This document shows positions 25,704 through 40,925 of a stretch of DNA of 64,000 nucleotides, piece after piece (within the stretch, counting starts at the first letter, position 1; the number at the start of each line of letters is the position of its first letter). The stretch covers positions 32,116,001-32,180,000 of the forward strand of contig OX597826.1 of the NCBI GenBank assembly GCA_951406725.2, written 5' to 3'. A model generated the notes under the pieces. It ran no database searches. It saw nothing but the letters and a program-made list of their open reading frames with translations, and had not been told where the DNA came from. The DNA comes from Octopus vulgaris (Eukaryota). The position numbers were made by a program, and so were the translations under genes.

Positions 25704-27139
25704 AATCCAAGGAGAGTAAATTAAGTTGTCATAGAGATTCTCTACACATTCCCATATTAATTTAATTCCAAGATTTTCTAAGAAAAGGTTTATTCTGTCT
25801 CCCTTGCTCTCCTGATCCCCTGCCCCTCTTCCCCTTTTCATCTGGATCCCTTCAGGTGTTGATGAATAACAAAACGGACAGGTTTTTGACAATGGTTTAG
25901 ATCCCTTAGTCAAAACCACAACAAAAAAGAAAAAGAACTTTCTGGTTTAGAGTTTGTTTAAAAGTGTTCTAGTGTGTAAATGAGAAGAGTAAATAAAAAT
26001 AAAAATAAAAATAAAAATACTACAGCATAAAAATGATAACAAAAAAATAATAATAACAAAGCCAAGGAGAAGGAGAATGTAATAAGAAGGTGAAAAGGAA
26101 ACAGGGTCTGTGAAATGTCCTTTAGGTTGGAAGACACCCCCTCCTGGTATTCACAGAACAGTGGGTGGGCATTTTATTTCTATTCCTTTCACACTACTGT
26201 GGGGTGGCTGAAATCCCTAGAATTAATGACAACCAAACTCGATTTCTTGTTTTGTTTTTGTAAAGATCCAATTAAGTTATACAGGAAGGAAGTTCACCAT
26301 AAAAATAAAGAAAAGCAAAATACGGCCAGGCTTTCAATGTCATTAGAGAAGGAAAGAACCAACTAGCTTTTGGACAGACAAACAAACAGACAGATAGGTA
26401 GGCTTCACCTACCCTCCTAACTCTAAGCAGGGATAATAGGAATAGCAAAAGGAAAGGGTCATTCATTTGATTTGTTTATATTACACTGGAGCAAACTGTA
26501 TTGGACAAATAAACAAGCTATTTTACTGTTAATTGATAGTAGTGTTTTTTTGTTGTTGTTATCAGTTGATTGGCATTTATTTTTGGTAAAACAAACACCC
26601 AGCTGTCAGTTGTTGAGGGACAGAAATAGTCTGGTAGTAATGGGGAAAGAAAGGAAGAGGTTTTCCTTCAATACAACAGTAGCAGAAGACATGGTTAATT
26701 TCAGAGTTATCAAAGAAATCACTCAATTGTCAAGATAACAGATTTGAAATTTAAGTCAAGATGTAAAGTGGAAATGATAAATATTGTATAATTCCAGAAG
26801 ACAATGAGTTCAAAAGAATGGATGGATAAGAAACTCTCCAAGATACTCTGTGGGTGTTTCTATATTAAGTTAGTATGAAGGAACAGATAGGAAACTCACA
26901 GAATACTCTGTAGAGTTTATGTATAAAATTCAGAGGTTCTCAACATGGGTGGTACATATATGTATACATGCATGTGTATAAGGATGAATGGTTCTGTCTG
27001 TCTGTCTGTCTGTCTGTCTCCGTCTCTGTATATCTCTCTCTCTCTCTCTCTCTCACGCACACACTCTCTGTCTATGTAATTAGAGAGACAAGTAGATAAA
27101 TAGGTAGATACATAGACAGAAAGAAAGAGAAAGAAGAAA

Positions 27140-27418
<279 letters not shown>

Positions 27419-28068
27419 TTTAGTCAATCAATATGAATGTTATATATTCCAGTCAATTTATTTCAGAAAATCTCATTTCAATTTTAACAGCTTCTTTGTA
27501 GTTCATTAAAAAGGTAAATAAATTCTGACAAGTTAAATAGATTTCTTCATTTTCCCCTTGTTTATATCTCAAGGGTCTGGAATATCATTTGACTTTAATA
27601 AACAGATAGTATCTATTGCCTCATATCACTGGCCTCATTTAAAATATTAATTTAGATTGCTTTCATGAGTTGGTGGAAAAGACCAGGTGATACTATAAAT
27701 TCTTGGTTCATAGGCATTCTCTGTTTGAAATTGAAAACTTTAACTATTTTAGTACCAAACCTGCCTGAGACATTCCCTAGTTCTATGATATAGAATTACT
27801 GTTTTAACCCTTTTGTTACCATATTTCTGTTGAGATGCTCTGTGTTTCTTTCAATTAATTTCAAATATAGCTAAGAATATAGTAAAATAACTTAGTTATC
27901 ATTCAGTTGGCCAATAGTTTGAAATGACTATCAAAAACATTCTTTTATAAGGGTAAGGAATTTGTACTCTAGAAAATATAGAGTGACCCATCGGATTAAA
28001 GTAAAATTGTTTTTAGTATAACTGAACATAAAAGCAAAAATTAATATATATATTCACATGCACACATT

Positions 28069-28107
<39 letters not shown>

Positions 28108-28649
28108 TACAATTGCAGCATGGAAGGTGTTCATAACAAAAACTGTTAGTTTCACTTTAACATTTAAATTTAATTTGTGAAAATATTTTCGTCGCTTTGA
28201 GACCATGACCTGTTCACTGACAAAATTCCGTGCTGCATCTGAGAAAGTAACAATTAGTTCACGATATATATGTACGTATGTATGTATGTATGTATGTACG
28301 TATATGAACGTATATGTATGTACGTATGTATGTATGTGTACATGTAAGCATGTGAGTATGCATATGTGTACATGTGTGCATGCCTATATGCATGTATGTA
28401 TGTACGAATGTACTTATGTATGTGAGTATCTAAGTATGTAAGTGTGTAGACGTGTCTGTGTGTGTCTATACGTGTATGTACATGTGAACATATGTTTATG
28501 TACTGGTGTGTGTGTCTATTCAAGTTGTATACATGATTGTTACTCTGTCAAAGGTTGCATACATATACATATATATAGATACACACACACACATATATAT
28601 ATATGTGTGTGCGTTTGTCCCTCTCACCACTGTCTAACAATGAATGGAT

Positions 28650-28685
<36 letters not shown>

Positions 28686-29964
28686 GGTTTCTTCCAGTTT
28701 CTGTCAACCAAATCCACTGACAAGGCTTTGGTCAACATGGAATTATAGCAAAAGATACTTTCTGAAGGTACCACACAATGGAAATTGAACCCAAGACCAC
28801 AGGGTTAGGAAGCAAGCTTTTTAACCATAGAGCCACATAGCCTTACAGCCACACCTAATTAAATGTGTTTAGAAATGATTCTGCATTTCCTGTTTTCATA
28901 CCATTTTAGAAGAGAACTATTTTAATTATTAGGAAAATTTCTATAAAAAGATACCATAAAATGACATAAGAGAAGATTTGTGGAAAATTCAATTTTTTTC
29001 AATTTGTTGTTTGTTGGCAAGCAATTGTTTAGTAAATGTCTTTCTTTTTTTCTTCTTGAAATTACACAAAAAATCATCAAGTTTTGGAATTAGTAGTGAA
29101 ATATTACATCTACATAATACTACATGAACAAATTAATTCTAATCTATTGTAACCAAAAATTTCGATAATTAATTCAATGAAAATAAAAATTAGTTTCTTT
29201 CTTTTTTTTATTATTTATTTGTTTGTTTATCCCTCTGGGCAAAAAGATATGGTAAGAATGTCTGAAAGAAAAATTTGACTTAAAGATGTGTCAACAGGCA
29301 AAATCTCCACAGACTTTATAATTCCTCCACATACATACACACAAACACCCACATGCATATATATGTATGTATAAATGCATATATATATATATATATACAT
29401 TTACTAATACATGTGTTTATTGACTAATGTGTGTGTATACATTTATTTTTAAGAATATATGTGTCGATTTAAAATATTTTCATATTGCATGTAAGAATGT
29501 TTATAAGGCATAGTCTGGACTGGAATTTCTGTTAATTGAAAAATTTACATAAATTCCTATTGACTGAAGCCAAGACTTAAACCGTGAAGGTTAACGACTA
29601 AAGTGTTGAAATAAGCTTGATAAACTAATTGCTGAAATGAGACCTGTTGCTACAAGGAATGTTGGAGACAATTTCTATTTGCATTTGAAACCCCCAAGAT
29701 ACCTTACCATATTAGCTTCAACAAGGTAAAATTAGATTTTAGTAATTGGTTGTTATTAAGAGAAATTTTGCAACAAGAATTTACTGAAGCAAGGACATAA
29801 ATCTCAAAATGTATGTCAAATCACTTGTGAGGTCTCTCATGAGTGCTACTTATTTCTTTTTTAAGCAATGTGGTCACATATAAGTGCAAAGATTTGGTGG
29901 TGTTTCTCTAACATTACAATACCAATAAAAACCAAAGAATGCTACTGGTAACATGGAAACCGGT

Positions 29965-30990
29965 ACAACCTGTTTGATGGTTGGGTCATTGGGGACTATA
30001 CTGGCACCTCCACTGGGCTTGCCTGGCGAGGAGGGTTGCTAGAAACCCAGCAGGACTGTAAACAAGACTTGTTGAAGAGACAGATAAACCTAAAGTAACC
30101 TTCTCGAGTCATACTGATTCATAAGGGCCAATTTCTCAGTTTCAAGGCATATACATTCCCCACCTGGATGGGGCGCTAGTCCTTTGCAGGATTAACTCAC
30201 TTTTACCAGCTGAGGGGACAGGAAAAATGTGAATTGAAGTGTTTTGCTGAAGAACACAATACATTGCCCAGGCCAGGAATCAAAAACACAATCTTATGAT
30301 CATGAGTCCAACACCCTAATCATTAAGCTACACCTCTGCACAGATGAACCTAGTGTAGGTTTAACAACTATCTTACAGTAGCACAGGCCCTCAGAAATCC
30401 CAGATTGGTATCTGGCATGCTGGAAGACCACTGGGAGTGAGGCACCCATCCCTTAGCTTTTATTAAAGCATGTCTCTAGAACCAATTTCAAAACTATGCG
30501 ATGTCTGCTCTGGTAACCAACAGTGACTTGGTCAGTGGATCCTCTGTGACTGTCGACAGTCAATGGCAAGATGAGGTGCTAAGAATCACACTATTCCAAA
30601 GTGTGTATCCATGTGATTGGGGACCACATGTAAACCTGTATTCTCACCGAAACTCTGAACCTGAGCTAGTCATTGATTGGAGCCTGCATAACCTACCCAG
30701 GGTGAAGCCTGCCAGAAATACAAGTGTAAATCTTAAAATTTATACATGAGAATAATATTTGTTTCAATATATCAAACTCAATTGTCAGGATCCTTTTGTA
30801 ATGGGTTCCATAAGGTAAAAGAAGATGAGGCTAACCAAAGGAAATGTGGTGAAGAGCAATAACAAAAGATCTTAAAAGCAGAGGGTTAAGAGTGGAACAA
30901 GCTGTAAAGGACGCTTTCAGTGTTAGATGGTGGAATGATCTTGCTGTTACCTCAAGTGCCACAAGGCACAATGAGAACTGAATGTAATGT
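29965..30990 (+). mobile_element. Decayed, internally deleted RTE-clade LINE, interrupted by a SINE
   Basis: 30813-30980 translates as GKRR*G*PKEMW*RAITKDLKSRGLRVEQAVKDAFSVRWWNDLAVTSSATRHNEN*, the RTE C-terminal G.R..GRP..W pattern, followed by a (TGTAA)n tail. Assigning the upstream GC-richer part to the 5' UTR is inference. Confidence 0.65.
30093..30339 (-). mobile_element. Meta/V-like SINE with 13-bp TSD
   Basis: ACAGAT(A/G)AACCTA at 30080-30092 and 30340-30352; core homologous to the 6785 element. Confidence 0.8.
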
Positions 30991-33579
30991 AATGTTTTAG
31001 TTTTGTGGAAATACATCTGAAGTGTTCTAAATGCCCTGTGCTGATTAGTTGTGTTGAAGTCAAGGTTACATCTTTAGTGTTGGTGCTATGGAAAATACAC
31101 TCTGCACATGGCAGAAAATGTGTGGTTATAAGGACCATTTAGCTTGTCAAGGACACAAAATGTCTTTAATGCTGGCACCACAATACAAAACTGAAAAGGC
31201 ACTGAATACACCCAGTAAAATGGTTAGCAAGGGCATCCAGTCATAAAAGCTAAACCAAAACTGAAAGTGCAAGCAATGTATGGTCCTCTGATCTATTGTG
31301 GGGAGCAGTATTTCTAAATATGTGATGACTTCAAATGTGATGACCCATCCAACCCATGCCAACATGGAAAGCAAATGTAAGACGATGATGGTAATGATGG
31401 TGGGGGCGGCGGTGGTGGTGGTAGTAGTGTTAACGAGGAAAATAAAATACCTTGTTATGGACTAAATAAAAGTAATGTCATTAATCATGCCAACTAACAA
31501 CCAATCTCTCACACTTCCAAAATCTCAAAGACATTTGTAAGAATCCTTGACATCTTCCTCCAATACATCAAATCCTTCCTCTTCCTCATTGATTTTCCGC
31601 ATAGTTTCCATAAAACTAGTTCTACTGGAAACCCGCTCTCTTGTGTTACTCCTAAGTTACTCACCAGACATGTCTCACTTTTAAAATATTTAGCAAAATA
31701 CAATGTTGATGCATTTGATATCAGGAAGATTTAGCTGCTATATCTAGCAGGCTAAATGACTATGTAGTGGCTTCTCATTGACTCATTAAAGTATTATTGT
31801 TGTTTAACCCCCAGTCAGCTCTAATGGAGTAGGTTTATGATCAAAGACATTCCAGCCATGCACATCCTATCATTCTAAAACCATATAGGATGACATAATA
31901 TCTAATATGTCCATTCTTTTCTAACACAGTAGGATACGATTTCAGGAAGATTTAGCTGCTATCTTTAGCAGGTAGCGCAACCACTCAGAGGTTCACTAAT
32001 CATTGTTTTCCTAACAGGTACAATGTTATTGGAAAAATAAATCAATAACCAATCAATTCTAATAATAGGTTAAGATGGTTGACACTTCTCATTTGCAATG
32101 TCTTCATACTCTGGTGGAATAATTTACCATTTTTATTTCTATGAGTTCCAACTGTAATTATGCTAAACACAGAATGGAATTAAGAAGATTTCTTTTTTAA
32201 GCAACGTGGTCACAAGTAACTGCAAAGATTCAGCAGTATTTCTGTGACATAATGGCACCAATAAAAACCAAAAAATTCTTAGATAATCGATACCAGCCAT
32301 AAGAATGCTTGCCCTGGAAGCTGGGTGAAAAGCACAACATAACATGTTTACAGTTTATCCTAAAGAATCTGTTGAGAAGTGTTCCAATCAAAACATTGAT
32401 CGAATGAAACCATAGCAGGTTGGTAGAGAATATGTAGGACAAACTATGAAAAATAAAAGTTCAAACATAAACAAAAAAAAATAGAAGGGATAAAATATGG
32501 TCATAGAATGCTACATGTAGATAGGAATGCTACATGTACACAGCAATGCGACATGTTAGTGTTAAAAGATAAATGTTGGTGAGCAATACTCTCACTGATC
32601 TATGTTTTTGCCTAGAGATGTTCTTTGTTTTGGTGTAAAAAAACATTGTCAATGTTGGCATCATTGTAAACCTCCTCCTCCTCACACACGCACACACGCA
32701 CACACACACACATACATACTCAGTACTGCACCTCCATTCATGGGTTTCAGGACTGCATTTTATGTTCCAGAATCTGCTTTGGAAAGAGTTCGACAAAATG
32801 ATGCCCTTCCCAATGCCAACCATTTTAGAATGTGCAGTGGGTACTGTTTTCCATGCCACCAGCACTAACGAAGTGACCACACAGTTTTCAGGACTACCAG
32901 CCTTGAGGGGGCAGATTTATACAAGAAGATAAGGATTATGAGAGAAACGACAAGGATAAAATAGCTTTCTTGCTGTAGAGGAGACACATGACTACTCGCG
33001 TTTAAGGAAAATGGTGTGGGAGTGAATAGGTGGATTTGGATATAAATAATGATGATGATGATGTGTCTGGGTGAACCCTCAAGATACAAAGTGAGTAGAA
33101 GTGGATGGTTGGAGGCTGCTAGTGGAAATTCTCTATTCTTACACAGTATAAGCTATATGCATTATATGCTAGTTTTTGAAATTATTATTCTTTTATAGTT
33201 CATATATATACATTTTATCTCTTTATCTATATATATTCTTTATACATTATGTTTATATCATATCACATTCTTATTTCATTATAGAGAACATACTTTTATT
33301 TTTCTGTTCATTTTATCATTTTATTGTGAATACTACATTGATATTATATCTACCTTTCAAACAAATAATGTTTTCATCGCATATCCACTTATACATTTCA
33401 AAATGTATATATAATTTTATTATAGACTATCATTATTTATTTGTATACATCTTACTTCAGCTATGTCATCTCATTATTTCTATCCATAAATTATATTAAA
33501 TCTTAATATTTCATTTTATATTGCTTTTTCCATTCTTCAATATGTATATTCTCAACAATTGTTTCCCTATTTTCAGTTA

Positions 33580-33652
<73 letters not shown>

Positions 33653-35467
33653 CCTGTTTTTTTTTCTCTAGTTTATTCTATGAAAAAAAAATCTGAATGT
33701 AGCCTAAAATATGTGATCTGTGTAGAACCAAGACATCTTCCTACATCAATAAAAATGGTTGCAATTAACTTTCATTTCCTACAAACACTATAGAATTCTT
33801 CTCCATTGATGTTTACATTATTTCTCATTTCTCAGAAAGAAATAAGCTTTTCAGGGTGGGTGGGGGCACAGGCAAACATGTATTTTCTGTTTAGAATCTC
33901 ATTCAGCACCCCTTCCTTATCCACACACTAAAAAACACAGCTGAAACTTTAAATAAAAGCAATGCTTTCTATTTCAATAATACAGACCGTCAACTTCGTT
34001 TTGTCTTTGTTTGGTTGTAAATATCTTTTTAGTGACAGCAAATACGTTATCCATGTATACCGGGACAAATATTTTATTTCACTGTGTAAGAGATGAAGAG
34101 CAGATAAGAAATATATGAGCATATGTGAGCGAGTGAGTGTAGATGTGTGTGTGTGTGTGTACATGGATGTATGTACATGAGTGTGAGCAGATTCAAGGCT
34201 GCATGTTCGAGTGGGTTGGTGTGTTTAGTGAATGTGTGTAAGTTGTTACTCCAGGTTTCTCATTCCAGTTCCTCAACCATCAGAGAATCAAGAACAAGAA
34301 ACTCCAAGTATCAACTCAAACAGACTCAGCTGTGCATAGAAACTATTCAACCAAATCTACCATATTGAGTTCTTTCTTTCACTTAGTTGCATTTCACATA
34401 GGTGTGTTGCCACTATAGATAAAGTTGTCCTTGGAGGGATTTGGACTGAGCATTCAGAATTAAAACAAGTACTGCAAAGTATTCTATCCACTGCTGTAAT
34501 GACTCTGCCAATTCACCTTCCTGATTTATTATGATAAGGATGTATCTATCTTTACTATTTTGATACTATATCCTTATTACTAGCAATGATAAGGCAGCAA
34601 GCTGGCATAATCGTTAGCATGTTGGGCTAGATGCTTATCGGTATTTTGTTTGTTGTTACTTTCTGAGTTCAAATTCTGCTGAGGTCAACTTTGCTTTTCA
34701 TCCTTTCAAGATCGAGTGTACCATTGATTCATGTAATATGTTTTATGTGTGGTTTACATATATTTAATAGGAATAGTGGTCTGATGTGCTCACTGCATTG
34801 TATAGGGTTTTGTATTGATCTATGGTTTCTATATACATATGAATTTATCTGTATATACAGACACATAATTACACTCAAATTAGACATATACAAATGCATA
34901 TACATACAAACACAAATATATTTTTTATAATACTTATTATTGACTTAGAAAAAGTAAATAACCTTCAGGTTAATGCTCAATACATTAAACAAATATAGAG
35001 CTTTTATATAATTATTTATCAAAAAAAAAAACACAAAAGATTTTATATATGTGTGTGTATGTGGTGTGTGTATGCATGCATATATTTTTATGAATAAACA
35101 TTCAAAAAATGTCAACCATTTTTATTAGTGGGTCTGCAATTTGTTTTATGGAAACTCCAAATGAAATTCTAAGAGTGTTCCATACATTTTAGAATATTTT
35201 CTTGCTTGGCAGTCCCTTTCCACAGATCATGATTTGGAGATGGAGTTGACAGACTTCTAATTATATGGTAATGAGTTCAAACTTTCACCACAACTATAGT
35301 TGTTGGAGTGGGTCCTTCAAAATGGTCACAACTATACTTGTCTTATTTAGTTCTCTTTGGAAATAAATTTCCTTTTTATTTCATGGTTGAATAGCAATCA
35401 GTAAATACACCTATCGATAACAACGTACCTACTAATAAATGTATTTATCCATAAACATACTCTCCAG

Positions 35468-35654
<187 letters not shown>

Positions 35655-36417
35655 TTATTTATCTATATGTATATGGTTTAATAAACACGGTATATATTTT
35701 AATGAGCTAGTAACAGTTTCATGTGATGAAAACAACTAAGACAGCATTTAACAGCATGTCTGGTGCCTTCATGCAATATTCAGACTATGCCCACATGGCA
35801 CTTTGAAGCTAAAACAGGACGATAGAATTAGAGAAATAATGAGAAAAGGTGAGAAGAAAGCAGATGTCAAAGGAGGATAAGAAAAAAGGAAAAAGGCGGA
35901 GGAGAGAATTAGAGTTATGTCCTCTTTGACTATAAAGCCATAATGAGACTGAATGGATAGGGGCCAAGAGTTTGTGGTACAGCTGCTCAATTTGGAGAAG
36001 GTGGCTTTTTCCAGTTCACTATCAGGAACTTATCCATATATTCACATACCCTGGTAATTTCAAATTTGGAATTTGGCAGTGTGATGGAGTTCTTAGATCT
36101 GTTGAACTGTCCAACCCACACCAGTATGGGAAACAGGCATTTAGTGACGATGGTCATGATGATGATGATGATGACAATAATGGTGATGATGATGATGATG
36201 TTTCATTAAAAGCAAACAGAAAATCTTACTCAGTAACAGTCATGTGATCAAAGATTAAACGAAAGAAAGAGAAAGAGAGAGGGGTTAAGTTGTAACTTTG
36301 ATCCTAAAACCTTCACCTCCAAGTTTAAAGGAATAATTATGTGGAATCTGTATACATTTCTTTCTGATAGTCTGTTGACATGGCATGAGTTCAGTTTACT
36401 TCTTAGTGTAGCTGTCC

Positions 36418-36487
<70 letters not shown>

Positions 36488-36794
36488 AAATAAAGAAGTA
36501 ACAGTTTAAAAAAACACAAATATGACAGTCCTTATAACAATATCTGTGCAGTGTGATAGTGACAGTGACAGAACAATGAATCCTGTATTGAAGACAACCG
36601 GGACAATGGAAAATATTGTCCATTGTCTTCTAATGCCATTATTTGTTTTCAAAGATATTAGCAGCAATATTGAGCAAATATTTCGATTTTCTTCAACAAA
36701 TATACAAATAATTTCTTCCTCAAATTCGTGTTTGGCACATTCAGTGTAGTTTAGATTATTTACCTTATTTTATTATTTACTATTTTTTTTTCAT

Positions 36795-37088
36795 GTGAAG
36801 GCATGTGACTTACTAGTTACTGTGTTGCCCTTAAGATCTAGCTATTGTGGGTTCGAATACTGGATTGAGTGGCACATGGTGTTTGTGAGCAAAACACTTC
36901 ATTTCAAGTTGCTCCAGTCCACTCAGCTGTAAACGAGCACACCCTGCTATGGACTAGCTTTCTGATCAGATAGAGTGTTGATCTGCTCACCTAGCCAGTG
37001 GGGTGGCATCATTTGAAAGCTAAACCAATACAAAGTGCATTGTAGCCAGCGATATATAACAACACCCACTAGTCTGATCGATCACATA
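36795..37088 (+). mobile_element. Meta/V-like tRNA SINE (a further decayed copy follows at ~37120-37250)
   Basis: GTGAAGGCATGTG head, GGTTCGAAT B box, GAGCAAAACACTTCATTTCAAGTTGCTCCAGTCCACTCAGCTG core. Confidence 0.75.
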
Positions 37089-37734
37089 ATTTATTATTTA
37101 ATACCAAGTGCAGTCTAAGTGAAGACATGTGGTCTGGTGGTTAGAGTGTTGGAGTCATGATCATTAAGGTTGTTGGTTCAGTTCTGGAAATTGGTTAACA
37201 ATGGACTTAATCTTATGCTGCTCTAGTACATTCAGCTAAAAATAAGCACCAGTAACCTCTGAGGGTTGATCCTGTGGTAGACTGGTATTTTACACTGGCA
37301 TTCAATTTTGGGTGCACAGTCCATTATAGCCAAAACAGCTGTAAGCTCTTGAAGGTGGCAATGTAGTTCCTTTTATTTTGTCATTCATTTATTAACTGAT
37401 ACCATGCTCTATATTTATTTTCTGATCCATTGTCTGTCCATCCATTCGTCCGTCCATCTGTCTGTCAATTCATCTGTCTGTCTATCCATTTATCTGTAGT
37501 GATGTACAAGTATATAATAGATATTGACTTATCTATACACGTAAAAATATATCAGAAGCAGACATGGGCATGTTTGTGCATGTATCTATACGTTTTCTGA
37601 GTATCATATGTAGACATGCTTGTTTTACCAGATATTTGAAATTTAGATATATTGACAATATGTTCACACCTGTACAAACGCATGCCTACATACCTGAAAA
37701 ATCTCAGTACAATATATTTATCAACATGTACATC

Positions 37735-37773
<39 letters not shown>

Positions 37774-38057
37774 TTTTAACATCAGTGTGACAGTGAAAGA
37801 AAGAGTGAGAGAGTGGTGGTGATGGTGGTGGTGGTTGGGAGACAGAATGGGAAAGTGATAAGCATGGAACAGTCAAGACAGATAAATTAAATGATTTGTT
37901 AGTCTCTTTCTGATTTAGTTATGTTCTCCCACCAGACAATGCTACAAAATGGAAAAAAAAAATTAATGAAATAAAAAAAATAACTACAAACAATTGTACT
38001 TACCATCCTCTGGCTAACTGTGCTAATACATACCCACACATATAAATACATGGGTGT

Positions 38058-38092
<35 letters not shown>

Positions 38093-38141
38093 CACACATA
38101 TATGTACACACATGTATAAATACATAAATATATATACATAT

Positions 38142-38183
<42 letters not shown>

Positions 38184-38334
38184 ATATATATATGTATATA
38201 CATATACACATATATATGGATATATATATATTCACATATACCTATCTATCTATATACTTTTGCATGTATATACATACACAAGCATATACAAATTCATGCA
38301 CATATGCACACACACACACATATCTGTATATGTG

Positions 38335-38396
<62 letters not shown>

Positions 38397-38671
38397 TGCA
38401 TGTTCGAAGACAACATTGTGATATACACGTTAATCAGTGCAGTAAGTTTGGTATGTTGTCTCTGGCATAATTCAAATAAAGATTCCTCTCTATATAATTT
38501 GGCACTGTCTTGCTGTGAGTTCAACAGTTATTTTCCATTTCTCTAGTTTATGGATTACATTTTAATCCTATGGCTACTAATGTAAATTGAAATACAGTCA
38601 ATATACATATATATATATATATATATATGTGTGTCTTCTAGAGTTATAGTTTTGTCCATGTTGTATTTTTC

Positions 38672-38742
<71 letters not shown>

Positions 38743-38837
38743 ATATGTATATATGTATATATATATAAACATGTTTCCAAACTTGCAACATGCAACTGCA
38801 TTTACATTGCATATATATTACATATATATGATACAGT

Positions 38838-38913
<76 letters not shown>

Positions 38914-38967
38914 GTAATACATACATATATATATACATACATTTATACATATATGTATACATACAAC

Positions 38968-39015
<48 letters not shown>

Positions 39016-39559
39016 TACACACTTATTCACAGAATTACTGATGTATATATACTGGTAAATATATATGTTTATGACTGTAGATTATGCATGTTTTGAAGTA
39101 GGTTTAATAGAGAGATCTGTCTATAGTATGCTATTGTGTGAAAGAACGGTAATAAGAAAATAATTTGTTTTTGTTAGAACCGTTTTTTTTTTTTTATATA
39201 AACCAGCTTTGAAGTACCAAGTGAGTTGGTATTTTACTGAAAATAAAAAAAATCTTGGATGCAGAATAACTGTGGAAACAACTTAGAAAATTGGGTGAAT
39301 ACCCTTAGAAAACGGAAAAAGGGGCCAGCTAGATGCTATAGAGAATTGAACCCTGATTCTCTCAAATTTCATCTTAGTACTCTGTACCATTAAGCTAAAT
39401 GATGTGTGACTTCTTTTACGAAATGTAATGGTTGGTTAGTAAGATGTTAGCAAATGTGTTTCACGAGAAATCAATTCAGGCTTAATTATTATTAGTAATC
39501 ATTTTTCTGTTATTATCACACTTCTACTATCAACATTGACTGAGCCATTAATTGGATTA

Positions 39560-40330
39560 CAACATTACCTGAACAATTACTAATCACACCTGGACTATTG
39601 TCGTCAATTACTTTCACACCTAGACTGCCTCCTGTCTTCATTGACTCAACAATTAGCATCATACTTGGATTGCTGTTTATGTTTACGGAACGATTACCTG
39701 AATTATGATCTACATTGACTGAGACTGAACAATTACTATCATACCTGGACTACTGTGTTCGTTTGCACTTACACCTGTAGTACCTTCTCTCAATTGTCTT
39801 AGCAATTAGTATCATACCTAGACTATTGTCCTCAGTCATTGTTATCCTTGGAATATTGGCTTTCTATATTAATGCAAACATTAGTCATAACTGGATTAAT
39901 TGAAAAATCACTGTCATACCTGGATTGTTGTCTGTCCATATTGATTGAAAAATTACAGTCACACTTGGACTGTTGTTCTAAATTGACTGAAATATCATTG
40001 TCATGCCTGACCTATGGCTTTAGTATACTAACTGAACAATTAGTATCATATCTGGACTACTGTCTTCGTTTAAACTCACACCTGTATTACTGTCTCTCTA
40101 TATTGTTTGAACAATTAGTGTCTTATGTGGACTGCTGTCTACATTGATGGGAAAATTTGTCATACCTGGACTAACTGAAAAATCAGTCATACTTGGATTA
40201 TTGTCATTCTATACTGGTTGCAAAATTACAGTCATACCTGGATTATTGTTTTTCTAAATGGACTGAAATATCAGTGTAACACCTGTGCTATTACCTGTCT
40301 ATATTGACTGAATAATTACTATCATAACTC
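39560..40330. repeat. Degenerate minisatellite, ~18 units, full unit ~45 bp (approximate consensus AACAATTACTATCATACCTGGACTATTGTCTGTCTATATTGACTG)
   Basis: A TCA(T/C)AC(C/T)TGGA core recurs every 27-50 bp; the + ORF at 39839 shows 15-aa periodicity. Confidence 0.85.
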
Positions 40331-40368
40331 AAGCAGACAGAAGAACAATACAAAATACTAATGACAGT

Positions 40369-40561
40369 CTTGTCTACTCTAGGCACAAGGCCCAAAATTT
40401 TGGGGGAGGTGGCCAGTTGATTACATCGACCCCAGTACACAACTGGTACTTAATTTACTGACTCCGAAAGGATGAAAGGCAAAGTCGACCTTGACAGAAT
40501 TTGAACTCAGAACATAAAGACAGAGGAAATGCTACCAAACATCTTGCCAGCTCGCCACCTT
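40369..40561 (-). mobile_element. Nin/Deu-domain SINE with 17-bp TSD
   Basis: AAAATACTAATGA(C/T)AGT at 40352-40368 and 40562-40578. Confidence 0.88.
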
Positions 40562-40587
40562 AAAATACTAATGATAGTGGAGGAGGA

Positions 40588-40925
40588 GACCCCCTTTGAT
40601 CATGAATGACCAAGGGATTGCACTTAGAAAGTTACCCTCCAAGGTACAAGTCTGGGCAAGGTTGTTTATGGAAGGCTAGCAGTTGCCCATGCATACCAGC
40701 CTCTCCTCTCCACACCACTGATGTTATCCAAGGGAAAGGCAAAGGCTGATACAGCTTGGCACCAGTGATGTTGCAACTCATTTCTACAGCTGAGTTAACT
40801 GGGGCAACATGAAATAAAGAACACAACATGCTCAAGAACACAACATGCAGCCTGGTCCAGGGATTGAACTCACAATCTCACGATTGTAAGCTTGACACTC
40901 TAACCACTGAGCCATGTGCCTTCAC
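40588..40925 (-). mobile_element. Full-length Meta/V-like tRNA SINE
   Basis: Minus-strand head GTGAAGGCACATGGCTCAGTGGTTAGAGTG, B box GTTCAATCCC; homologous to 3874-4182. Confidence 0.85.

Noticed and set aside
30163-30178. CTCF-like CCTGGATGGGGCGCTA
   Set aside because: Three core mismatches, inside a decayed SINE.
33901-33912. REST/NRSE site (TTCAGCACC)
   Set aside because: Only the left half-site; no GGACAG half follows.
39560-40330. CRISPR-like repeat-spacer array
   Set aside because: Eukaryotic context, degenerate repeats, spacers related to each other, no cas genes.
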